Positions 47,219 to 56,339 of a stretch of DNA of 64,000 bases are shown piece by piece. The notes beneath the pieces are model-generated. The model was not told the origin of the DNA and did no database searches. It saw only the letters and a list, made by a program, of their open reading frames with translations. The stretch's first letter is position 1. Each line of letters starts with the position of its first letter. The stretch is from positions 1,829-65,828 of IMG/VR virus record IMGVR_UViG_3300035670_000186. One strand, written 5' to 3'. Source of the stretch: a virus (taxonomy: Duplodnaviria > Caudoviricetes). Position numbers and translations under genes: made by a program.

Positions 47219-50080
47219 TCACCCATCGTCCACTGCGGATCCGTCCACGATCCTCCGACCACCCAGCGATCCTGCGCCGCCGCCGCGCCTAGGTCCCATT
47301 CCCCTGAGTCGCATCACTTCGTCTTGGCCGACAACTTTCGCCAAAAAGGTCATGAATTGACCCTCGGTCAGCCCGTATATATTTCTTTCGTCGTCGGCCA
47401 GAAAAGCCCTAATGTCCGACAAGGCACCCGGGGTGGCCAATCTCGTTCTCAATTCCGCCATGAATTCCCAGTCGTTCTCCGAAGAATACATTCCGCCTAT
47501 GAAACTCATCAACAACGAAGACGCTGCGTTTTCTAGCCTGACTCCTCCGTCGGGTCGCAGCGGGGTTTCTTCGGAAGTCGGGTCTACACCGACGTTTCTC
47601 GGCTCAGGTGGCCCGAAAGCACCGGTTGCCGGATCAAAAACCCCCGTGGGGGTGTCCACCATGTCCGCCCAAAACTCAAGTTGAGGAAATCCACTTTCTT
47701 CGCTATAACCACGCGATTCCAAATTATCCATTATTTCCTTGAGTTTTGCTTCCGAACCGGCTCTTGTGAATCCTCTCGATCTCATCCATCTCACGTATTC
47801 CTGGGCGACGTTTCCGTCGAAACGCACGTTTTTCATGTAAAAATTCCAAAGAGCTTCTTGTTTTTTTATTTCGTCTGTTGCGGCTGCGAGTTCTAAATCC
47901 AATTCATCTATTTGGCGTCGCAGGAAAGTTCCTTCTTTTGCATCGGTTCTCAAATTGATCGGACCGAGACCCTCCATGATGGGAGATCCGTCTTCGTCGT
48001 ACGCCGGAGATCCGTCCGGGTTGAGTTTTTGTCTACGATACTGCGATCTGAGTCGTTCTTTCCATTCTTCCTCGTTGGTGAAACCGAGTTTTTGTCCGAG
48101 CCGCCACGCAAAGTCGTCCACGTGCGCAATCTCGTGACTCGCCGTGTGGGCGAGGAAAGCGTCGCCGTCCTTGTCGAGATCCATCCCTAGGTGGTCCGAC
48201 CCCATTCTGTCCATTTCTTCGCGGAGTCTTCCTTTTCCTGCGAGTAATTGTGGATTCAACGAGATGGAGTAATGAAACGGCATACCGCTTCCCGAGCGAC
48301 CCTGCGCCGCGAGCCCGTCCGCGACGAAAGACGGTGCACCGTTTTCTTTTATTTTGGAAAGCGGAGTAAGACCCCTATCGCCCAAGCTTTCCGGCCCCAA
48401 TCCCCGCGGTCCTTCGGTCAAATTACTTTGGTCTCCGAAAAAACTATTGACGGAGGTGTAGATCAAATCTTTTGCATTCGGTCCGTCGTTCTCGTGCCCG
48501 ATGCGAAGATAGCCCGGCACGGAAGATGCTATCCGTGTTCCGTGTTCGGGATTGTCCGGACTGGCGTCGCCTCCGTTTCCTCGCATCTGCCATATGAGTT
48601 GCTGAATCACATTGTCCAAATTTTCTTTGATGGTGTTTCTCGTCGTCGTTCTTTCGTAATCGTCTATGAAACCGGCGATGCGTTCATCGTTTAGTGCTTC
48701 CTCTATCATCGCATCATACCGATTCGTGTCGGTGGGGCTCAGGCGACTCGGACCTATCGGGATTTCACCGATTCTTTCTTCTACCCAGTTTTGGGATTCG
48801 AGTCCGAATATTCCTCCGTCCGACGGCACGTCTATTCCGAGGGATCTGGCCCATTCCGAATACACGAGAGCCTGCGGAGGTGGGTAGCCGTTCTCCAGCT
48901 CGAATCGCATTTTGTAGCTTTCGGCGAAGCTCATGTACGAGTCCCTAGCCGATTGCGCCTCTCTCTTCTTTTGCTTGGCTCGCTGCTTTCTCTCGTTTCT
49001 GTTGGCGAGAGACACGGTTATCATTTCCCTGAAGCGAGCGGAAAAACGTCCGGCCGAATCCGAACGCATGGATGCGACGGGCTCGTAGGGATCGTAGCTT
49101 CTATCCGGGTCGTCTATGGTTACTTTTGCGGTAACGTAACCTGCGGCCGGACGAGAACTGCCAAGCCATTCGCGCATCCTTCCCCCGCTACCGGCCGCTC
49201 TATCCGTCGCTCGATCGACTCGTTCTTGCGCCCTGTCGGTTCTCCCTGTCGCCTGGCGGGCCGATCTTGCGGCGTCCCCGGCGGATTCAGTGGCCCTGCC
49301 AACCGTTCGTCTGGCCGATGATGCGGCTTCGTCAACGGGTCCAGGTATGTCGCAACCAGTTCCGAATGCGTCGGTGAATCTATTGGCGGCCGCGGTTCCG
49401 GGGCCGCAACGAATTTTATTGAGTTTGTCCCTCCACAAACCGCGAGCAGAAAGGATGGCGTCCTGTATGTTCTCGCCCATGTCTCGAATTTCGCGACCGA
49501 GCAAGCCTTTCTTGTTTATGTCGTTCTTGTTCTTTTTTTGTTCCGCCATCGGATTCTTTGCGGGAAGCCCCATTGCGGCCAGTACGGTTTCCACTAGGTG
49601 ATCCGTGGATATTCCTTCGTTGGAGTCGGAAACCTCGGCCCCGGACATTCCTGTACACAGGTGAAGAGGCCTGTATCCCGGCGGATATTGCGGTAACGGG
49701 TCGCCCTGTTTGTATTTTTTCGCCCAGTCGGTGAACTCCTTGGGCAAAAGTTTTATGAAATTGGACATTGGGTTTTGGTCCAATTCCTCATTTTCTGGAT
49801 CGGGTTTTCTCGCCGACTGCTTGGACCCGACCTGCTTGTTGGTCGGTTTGATTTTGGATCTTTTATTGAACATGTATTCCATTACTCGCCTGTCGGCCCA
49901 CTCCCCGTTATGTCCGTCGGTTTGATCACCAGAATACGGAAACTGATTGAAGAATGTTTGTTTCGTCTGTTGGTCGACCGTAAGTAGCGAACCGTCCCTC
50001 AGCTTGAACACGGACTTGTCGCCGTATCGCGCGACGATCTGAGCGTTCAATGGTATTTGATCAAAATGGTGCGACATCAA
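47219..50080 (-). CDS. 953-aa protein: RC-x-RFTD-x-C motif, PVASM motif, zincin-like motif
   Basis: HEIAH at 48122-48136 plus distal EFMAE; TATAAT upstream at 50134-50139; exact start uncertain. Confidence 0.82.
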   Translation of the reverse strand: MMSHHFDQIPLNAQIVARYGDKSVFKLRDGSLLTVDQQTKQTFFNQFPYSGDQTDGHNGEWADRRVMEYMFNKRSKIKPTNKQVGSKQSARKPDPENEELDQNPMSNFIKLLPKEFTDWAKKYKQGDPLPQYPPGYRPLHLCTGMSGAEVSDSNEGISTDHLVETVLAAMGLPAKNPMAEQKKNKNDINKKGLLGREIRDMGENIQDAILSARGLWRDKLNKIRCGPGTAAANRFTDAFGTGCDIPGPVDEAASSARRTVGRATESAGDAARSARQATGRTDRAQERVDRATDRAAGSGGRMREWLGSSRPAAGYVTAKVTIDDPDRSYDPYEPVASMRSDSAGRFSARFREMITVSLANRNERKQRAKQKKREAQSARDSYMSFAESYKMRFELENGYPPPQALVYSEWARSLGIDVPSDGGIFGLESQNWVEERIGEIPIGPSRLSPTDTNRYDAMIEEALNDERIAGFIDDYERTTTRNTIKENLDNVIQQLIWQMRGNGGDASPDNPEHGTRIASSVPGYLRIGHENDGPNAKDLIYTSVNSFFGDQSNLTEGPRGLGPESLGDRGLTPLSKIKENGAPSFVADGLAAQGRSGSGMPFHYSISLNPQLLAGKGRLREEMDRMGSDHLGMDLDKDGDAFLAHTASHEIAHVDDFAWRLGQKLGFTNEEEWKERLRSQYRRQKLNPDGSPAYDEDGSPIMEGLGPINLRTDAKEGTFLRRQIDELDLELAAATDEIKKQEALWNFYMKNVRFDGNVAQEYVRWMRSRGFTRAGSEAKLKEIMDNLESRGYSEESGFPQLEFWADMVDTPTGVFDPATGAFGPPEPRNVGVDPTSEETPLRPDGGVRLENAASSLLMSFIGGMYSSENDWEFMAELRTRLATPGALSDIRAFLADDERNIYGLTEGQFMTFLAKVVGQDEVMRLRGMGPRRGGGAGSLGGRRIVDGSAVDDG

Positions 50081-50149
50081 TCGCCGGTCCCTCTGTTCGG
50101 ACTTCGCCGGTTACCCAGCACGGTGTTAAGACAATTATAGATCTACGAA

Positions 50150-50329
50150 TCATTCCTCTACGGCAGTGAGCCAAGGATCCACGAGTTTGCCGCGCGCGGT
50201 GAAAGACTCAAACTCCGATTGGGCTTGGCGAAAAAGATCCATTTCTTTTTCCGGGATGCCGAAAAAATCTATTTGCCGTTGCGTTTCGGTCGGTTCCGGG
50301 GTCGGCGTCACCATTTGTTCCATTTTCAT
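50150..50329 (-). CDS. Small acidic protein, 59 aa (below the ORF track cutoff)
   Basis: MKMEQMVTPTPEPTETQRQIDFFGIPEKEMDLF...DPWLTAVEE; ATGA overlap with the 1334-aa stop. Confidence 0.6.
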   Translation of the reverse strand: MKMEQMVTPTPEPTETQRQIDFFGIPEKEMDLFRQAQSEFESFTARGKLVDPWLTAVEE

Positions 50330-53300
50330 CTCCTGTTGGGGTTGACCGAATAGGTCCCGGTCGATTCGTCGTACTCCATGGTCGCTCCCGTGTCGGGGTC
50401 TATGTAGCGCCTAACGCCGGCGAAAGAACCGTTCCCGAAGGGCCACAACCATTTCGGAACCATAGCGCCAGGAACGGAAAGAAAAATCGTGGATTTCGGC
50501 ATTTTGGGATCTTTGTTCCACCCTGCGGAAGGCCACGGATCGATGGCGACAGGCAGGTACGAGCGAAGCTTGGACAGCTCGGTTTCACCGAAACCCTGCA
50601 ACAATTCTCCAAATAGTTTTTCGTATCTGGGGTCGGAAGACGAACGATCGAGAATCATCGCCACCCTAGAGACTATTTCCTGTCTTACGGCGTCCGCTCT
50701 TTCGGCCTCGCTTTTGCCGAGTTTTTTCATTTGTTCATTGATTACGTTCATCCAAAAATTCGAATTCGTGTTCATGCCAGTGTAGAAAATGTCGCCCCAG
50801 GAGTCGTACATTTCCCACGGACCGCGGAACGATGCATACTCGCCGTGCCTAGTGAAGCCCTGCCCAAGATATGCGTGAAAAAATTCGTGAGCCGGTATCT
50901 CGGGTGATTCCGGGCCCTCGAGATATATCAACGGTGCGTACCCGGAAACGGTCGCATGATGAGCAAGATTCAAAGCCGAGTTGAGAACCGTTCCGGAACC
51001 GCCTGAAATGTTGAGTCCGGCGTTTCTCCAGTGCGTTTCGATGGCGGATCGAATCTGGTCGGGACTCAAGCCAGCGTCGGTTGACATCGTCTCCACGACG
51101 GCCCTGCCCCAACGGGAGGCGAAGTCCCTCCAATCGTTCAGAAAATTCTGTATGTTGGAAATAACCGCTCTCGCCGTGGGGGCGAACGGGCTTGATTCAT
51201 CGACGGAAATCCGAGAAAAGTCGATCGGGTTGTAATCGAGGCCTTTTGAGATTGCATCTCTGTCTATGCTGGATATTCCGGTTGCATCCAACAACAGATC
51301 CATGAATGAAGGTTTACCCGATCCGTCGTAAAGGCCGAGAAGATTCAGCCCCATCACCTCAACCCGACTTCTTGAATCGTCCCCCCGACTATCGTACGTC
51401 CAAAGCCTTCGCTCCGATCCGGGTAACGGTCGACCTCCGAATATGTGTCCGATCACCGACTGTATGTCGTCGGTTTCCGCAGTGGCCATCAACTTCGCCA
51501 TTCCTATGGCGTTTGCCGCGAATATGTCCATCAGCTCGTCGTAGGTGGGATAGGCGGTGGATATAGCTTTGTCGACGATGTCCCTTCCGGCTATTCTGTC
51601 GGCCAGCTCAAAAAACACGGGTCCTTGAACTTTCGGTATGGAATGACCCTCGGTTTCGTACGCCCCCAGTCCCGCTCTCCTGGCCGCCGACGCAAATGCC
51701 GAGACTTTTTCCGGCGAATACGAACCGAATTCTTCGTTCATTACCCTCGGTCCGTTCAGAAAGGTGGCCAAATTGTTCTCCGATTCTCCCGCGACTATGG
51801 ACCCGTGGAGGCCCGATTTTTCCTTCGGGGAAACGGATCTGTCGGATCCGGGCAGCAACAAGGGTTTGTCACCGAAATTTTGCAAAGACTCAACCGTCCT
51901 CAGTGAATCTGAGGACATGGATGCGGTGACATCGTCGGACGACCTCCGACTTATCCTCCGGGACAAACGTCCTGTTCTTTCCGATACGACGTCCGATGAA
52001 CGAATGGTGTTTCCCGAATCCAGGAACTCGTTGATGCGGGCGGCGGTTCTTTCGTCGGATTTCGGGTTGACCGTCAAGGATTGATTATCGTCCCCGAAAC
52101 GAGTTCTTCCCGCCTCGAGTTTTTTTACCGCAGATCTCAGTAGTTTCGCCGCAAGTTTTTGACGAGAGGCAAAAGAGGCCGGTGCGGCTCGCCCCGTTTG
52201 CCTCGTGGCCAAAACCGAGGCTATTCCATCTATCGGCGTTAAATCCGTAAAATACATTTCGGCGACCATGAATTCGTCGTCGGTGAGTTTTGGAAACCAA
52301 TCCGTAACCTCCTCCCTACGCATCGCCACAAGGGACGAGTATTGATTGTCCGTTAAATCGAACAACTGTTTTATTTTTCTTTCCGTCAATCCCCTGCGTC
52401 GCATCATGGATATTTCGTCCGCGATCAGGTTTTTTAGCGCATCGCGCCTCTCCGTCGGAGTGACCAATCCGGCCTTTCTATGGGCTATGTTGAGTCTCCT
52501 TCTCGCTTCGCTCGGCGTGGTTCTCAAAGCCGTCGCAATCGTTTCGATCGCCATTCCCGAATCAAAGGCTTCCAAAAGCGTTTTGTCCAAATCCGTCAAG
52601 CGAACTGAAGGGGAGTCGGATTCTCCGACCGACAGCATCGCCCGCCTGCGCGCCGCAACCGGAACGGGCCTCAAGTGATCCGGTATCCCGGTTGGAGTAG
52701 AGAAACCTAGGGCTTCGTAAACGTTTTCGTTCATGGACGTTCTGGCGTCTCGGTAGCTGACCGATACGGCCATGGTATTTGTGCCGAGTTTTTCGGCGAT
52801 TTCGCTCATTCTCATTTGCCCTGACTCGTAGTCAAGAACCAATTCGACGTCTTCCTTTGTCAGTTTCTTTTTCTTCTTTGCCGGCAAAGTTCCGCGCCTA
52901 CGCCTAGCCATGGAGGCGGTCGGATCGTCAAGAGTAAAATCAGAATCCAACAAGTCGGGATTCTCCAATACCTCCACCAATGTTTGTATCGTGGATATGT
53001 CGTCTTCGTAGAAATTGTGTTGATCGAGTATGTCCGTGAGCGCATAAGCAGTTTCCGACCTATCCACCCCCAATCCGTCGCCCGCAGAGGCTGGTAGCAG
53101 GGTTCCGGCAAAGGACAGCAAATCGGATATGTCAAGTCTGTCGTCTCGCCTGATGTCCAAATACGGATAACTCAAGTCGTCGTCCTCAACCGACTCTCCG
53201 AGCAAAGTGGCCAACTCGTCGGCGGCTTTCAGGACCGGATCCGAAAAAATTTCGTAATCATCGTAGGAATCCAGTAAGACATTTTCGTCGTCGGGCAATG

Positions 53301-54330
53301 CGCGAGCCGTGGTCGAATAGTTCGATGATTCGAATAGTCTCGGATACGGATCAGTGCTCGGAAAAACGGGCCCGTAAGTTCTCTCGTACGAACTGTCCAA
53401 TGGCGGAACGTCTTCGATGGTCCCGGGGGCCGACCAATATTTCTTGTGGTTGAAGTTGATTCCGGCTTCGGAAAGCGATTGTTGCATCAACTTCAACGAC
53501 TCAAATTCGTCTTCCAACCCGAGTATTTGCGCAGATCTGGTCATTTTCCAAATTCTGGTTGGATAAGCCTTCCGCCAGTCCTGTCCCCCGTCCCAATCCA
53601 TATCATCGACGAATTTTCTTTCGTAAAGGGACCATCCGAGAGCCTCTGCTTGGATTTTTATTTCATCGGCCACCGAGTCCAAGAATGATTGATTTTGTTT
53701 CAAGCGCCCCAGCGGTTCGCCGGCGATGCTGTAGAACTCTCCGTACGCGGCGCTTCCTCGGTCTATCGGATAAGCCCACCAGTCGTAGTGACCGTTGTGT
53801 ATGTCGTTCCATTTTCCGGCGTCCGCCATTTCCTCGTGTATTTGGAGTTGTTCGGCTTGATCGAATATGATCGCCTCGTCTCCTCCGTATACGTCTCTTT
53901 TCGGAGCCGGTGTTGGCTGTGTGGATTGATCGGGTTTTTCCGGCTCTCGAGTACTGGGTTTCCGCAAGCGAGAGGCCAAGTTCCTGAATCGTCGCTCCAA
54001 TCTGCCCGTTTCGCTCGGGTCCCTTGTCGCCTGGGTCGATTCCGGTTTGTCGGCGGTCGGTTTTTCGTTTCCGTAACGACCGCCGCTTATTCTTCTCAAG
54101 ACCCTCCTGACCGCACCTCGGTTCGCAGGGGAATTACCCGATCCGAACGGCGTTGGGTCCGGAACTCCCCGACCCAAATTCACGGTCGGAATTCCCTCCA
54201 ACACGATTCTGTCGAGGTCGGCGTCCACCGCCGTGGTGGGGTCCATGTTTCTTCCGCCGTCCCCGCCGACGGTTGGGCCGAGTGCTTTTACCTCGGCTTT
54301 ATCGGAGCGGAAGGCATCGAGGTTTTCCAC
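50326..54330 (-). CDS. 1334-aa protein: leader, OGFr-like domain, HTH array, HExxH domain, separated by PTASM/VTASM
   Basis: HNGHYDWWAYP; LT..D.....Y...M...EIA..LG-type repeats; HEFFH...GF...GE. Confidence 0.85.
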   Translation of the reverse strand: MENLDAFRSDKAEVKALGPTVGGDGGRNMDPTTAVDADLDRIVLEGIPTVNLGRGVPDPTPFGSGNSPANRGAVRRVLRRISGGRYGNEKPTADKPESTQATRDPSETGRLERRFRNLASRLRKPSTREPEKPDQSTQPTPAPKRDVYGGDEAIIFDQAEQLQIHEEMADAGKWNDIHNGHYDWWAYPIDRGSAAYGEFYSIAGEPLGRLKQNQSFLDSVADEIKIQAEALGWSLYERKFVDDMDWDGGQDWRKAYPTRIWKMTRSAQILGLEDEFESLKLMQQSLSEAGINFNHKKYWSAPGTIEDVPPLDSSYERTYGPVFPSTDPYPRLFESSNYSTTARALPDDENVLLDSYDDYEIFSDPVLKAADELATLLGESVEDDDLSYPYLDIRRDDRLDISDLLSFAGTLLPASAGDGLGVDRSETAYALTDILDQHNFYEDDISTIQTLVEVLENPDLLDSDFTLDDPTASMARRRRGTLPAKKKKKLTKEDVELVLDYESGQMRMSEIAEKLGTNTMAVSVSYRDARTSMNENVYEALGFSTPTGIPDHLRPVPVAARRRAMLSVGESDSPSVRLTDLDKTLLEAFDSGMAIETIATALRTTPSEARRRLNIAHRKAGLVTPTERRDALKNLIADEISMMRRRGLTERKIKQLFDLTDNQYSSLVAMRREEVTDWFPKLTDDEFMVAEMYFTDLTPIDGIASVLATRQTGRAAPASFASRQKLAAKLLRSAVKKLEAGRTRFGDDNQSLTVNPKSDERTAARINEFLDSGNTIRSSDVVSERTGRLSRRISRRSSDDVTASMSSDSLRTVESLQNFGDKPLLLPGSDRSVSPKEKSGLHGSIVAGESENNLATFLNGPRVMNEEFGSYSPEKVSAFASAARRAGLGAYETEGHSIPKVQGPVFFELADRIAGRDIVDKAISTAYPTYDELMDIFAANAIGMAKLMATAETDDIQSVIGHIFGGRPLPGSERRLWTYDSRGDDSRSRVEVMGLNLLGLYDGSGKPSFMDLLLDATGISSIDRDAISKGLDYNPIDFSRISVDESSPFAPTARAVISNIQNFLNDWRDFASRWGRAVVETMSTDAGLSPDQIRSAIETHWRNAGLNISGGSGTVLNSALNLAHHATVSGYAPLIYLEGPESPEIPAHEFFHAYLGQGFTRHGEYASFRGPWEMYDSWGDIFYTGMNTNSNFWMNVINEQMKKLGKSEAERADAVRQEIVSRVAMILDRSSSDPRYEKLFGELLQGFGETELSKLRSYLPVAIDPWPSAGWNKDPKMPKSTIFLSVPGAMVPKWLWPFGNGSFAGVRRYIDPDTGATMEYDESTGTYSVNPNRR

Positions 54331-54342
54331 CTCGAATCACCC

Positions 54343-56133
54343 CTACTTCCAGTTTTCCGGGATCAAATCCTCTTGGTCGAGCGCGCGGGCCCTCTTCATG
54401 ATGTGGGCCTTGGCGGCTTCCTTGTCCTTTGCCCTGCCGAAAGCCTGGATGGCATTCTTTAGGTCCTCTACGGACTCGATCGGGTAGGAACCGTCAGGAA
54501 GAGCCATGCCTTGCTTGGCAAGATCTTCGCGTCTCTCCTGCGAGAACATTCTCTTGAAATATGCCTCGGCCAAAGCGGAGGGATCGTTTTCGTCGGCTTC
54601 CGCCGAAAGCATCTCGAATTCCACGAGAGACGACATGAAGTTCGCATCGGCTGCGGCTTTTTCGTTGTTCTCGTGTTGTGTGACCCATTCGTCGGGGAGG
54701 GAGCCCTCGAGCCCAAGAGCCTTGGCCCTGGCGATGATGTGAGTTCTCGCTTCTTCCCTCTTTTTGGAGCGTGGCCAAGCCATGACCGCATTTCGCAGGT
54801 CGGAATCGTTGGCGATCGGCATTTCCCCGTTCTCCATCGCCTCGCCTCGTTCTATCATTCCCTTGATGACGTTTTCGCCGTAGGCCTTTTTGAGCGCTAT
54901 CTCGGCGGCTTCGGACTCTATTGCGAACGCCTCTTCTTGCGTGTAGGTGTCGTATCCGAGAACCTCTCCGTCCAATGACACGAAGACGTCGTACGATTTG
55001 CCGTCGACGCCCTCCACCTCGACCGCATACGTGTCAAAGCCCTCGAAGACGTCCGCCTCGACTGAAACCACGTCTCCATTAATGCTCTTCGTCGCGATTT
55101 CGGCGGCTTCTCCGAAACTGATCATTTGACTCGGCTGAAAACCGGACTTGACGTTGAGAACGTCCTCGTTCAGCATGTGCCAGCCCATGCACTCGCCAGT
55201 CGTGCCGTCAAAAAAGGCCTCGATCGGCTTTCCGTCTTTGCGCTCGACGTCTATTACGAATACGTCCGCCTTGTCGGAGTATCCCGAGTCGAGTACTTTG
55301 CCCATGAACATATCTTCGGCGACGCCCTCGATTTCGAGAAGTGCGGGCATGTCGCCCTCCTTCATGCAACCACCTGGGCAGTTTTCGCAAACAGAAGAAT
55401 TTCCTGGATAAACTTTTCTCTCGATGGCGCACACGAATGGTTCGTTGCCCATTTCGCCGCTCTTGAAACCCATGGTTCGTAGACGTCTTTCCGACATCAT
55501 TTTGCGACGGTCCTCGGGGGACATTTCCTCTTCCTCGTCGAGCATTTCATCTATCTCGGCGTAGTTTTCCTTTTCTTCGTCGGGGGTCGGCATCGGCTCG
55601 ACTCCCTCCACGTATCCACCCTTGCCCATCGGCGATCTTCCGGAGGCCAATGAATCGAGAAGTTCCCCGTCTTCCGGCTCGTCCTCGTCGAGCATCAGGT
55701 CCTCCATGTCCTCGTCAAAATCCTCTTCGTCTTCTTCGTCCATCATCTTTTCGGAGTCAGACATCTCCATATCTTCCATGTCTGGGTCCTCCAGCTCCGG
55801 CATGTCTTCGTCCATCATCTCGTCGGACTCTTCTTCCGTCTCGTCCGACTCCTCCTCCATGTCCTCGTCCTCGAAGACGTCGCCGTAGGCTCTCATCGCG
55901 GCTTTTTCTTCGACCGTCATTTTCTTCTTTTTCTTGGGTGGCATGGGGGGAACTGGGGCACCTTCCTCTTGTTCTTCGTCCCACATCTTCACTTCTACGG
56001 CCATGGCGCCGCAAGCTTTACAGACTTTGTCGCCCGGCTTGTATCCGCACTCTCCGCCGGCCATGCCCTTGGCGCATTGAAGTACCTGACCATCGTCGCC
56101 GATTTTTACGGTCGCGCCGTTCTCAGATGCCAT
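54343..56133 (-). CDS. Acidic scaffold-like protein with two PepSY-like domains and two C-terminal DG.YPI...DL.NAI repeats
   Basis: D/E/M-rich linker; ISFGEAAEIA.....G.V.SVE......Y.VEV...DG....V.V...GEVL. Confidence 0.8.
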   Translation of the reverse strand: MASENGATVKIGDDGQVLQCAKGMAGGECGYKPGDKVCKACGAMAVEVKMWDEEQEEGAPVPPMPPKKKKKMTVEEKAAMRAYGDVFEDEDMEEESDETEEESDEMMDEDMPELEDPDMEDMEMSDSEKMMDEEDEEDFDEDMEDLMLDEDEPEDGELLDSLASGRSPMGKGGYVEGVEPMPTPDEEKENYAEIDEMLDEEEEMSPEDRRKMMSERRLRTMGFKSGEMGNEPFVCAIERKVYPGNSSVCENCPGGCMKEGDMPALLEIEGVAEDMFMGKVLDSGYSDKADVFVIDVERKDGKPIEAFFDGTTGECMGWHMLNEDVLNVKSGFQPSQMISFGEAAEIATKSINGDVVSVEADVFEGFDTYAVEVEGVDGKSYDVFVSLDGEVLGYDTYTQEEAFAIESEAAEIALKKAYGENVIKGMIERGEAMENGEMPIANDSDLRNAVMAWPRSKKREEARTHIIARAKALGLEGSLPDEWVTQHENNEKAAADANFMSSLVEFEMLSAEADENDPSALAEAYFKRMFSQERREDLAKQGMALPDGSYPIESVEDLKNAIQAFGRAKDKEAAKAHIMKRARALDQEDLIPENWK

Positions 56134-56326
56134 TTTTGCGCTCCTTGTATTGCATTGAGGACGAAAGACAACCTTTTGGGTTGACGCAACCGCCGCACGG
56201 AAACTGGCGCTTTTCGCCCGTCACCACGCAGTGATATTTCATCCGATTATTGTTGATTTGTGCAGGTTTAGCATAACTCATAACTTGCTCCCCGCGGTTG
56301 TAGTGGTCACCAGAACGACGTTTCAT
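56123..56326 (-). CDS. Small Cys4 protein
   Basis: HC.VTGEKR..PCGGC....GC; probable start at ATG 56281. Confidence 0.6.
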   Translation of the reverse strand: MKRRSGDHYNRGEQVMSYAKPAQINNNRMKYHCVVTGEKRQFPCGGCVNPKGCLSSSMQYKERKNGI

Positions 56327-56339
56327 TAATCAGTTGACT

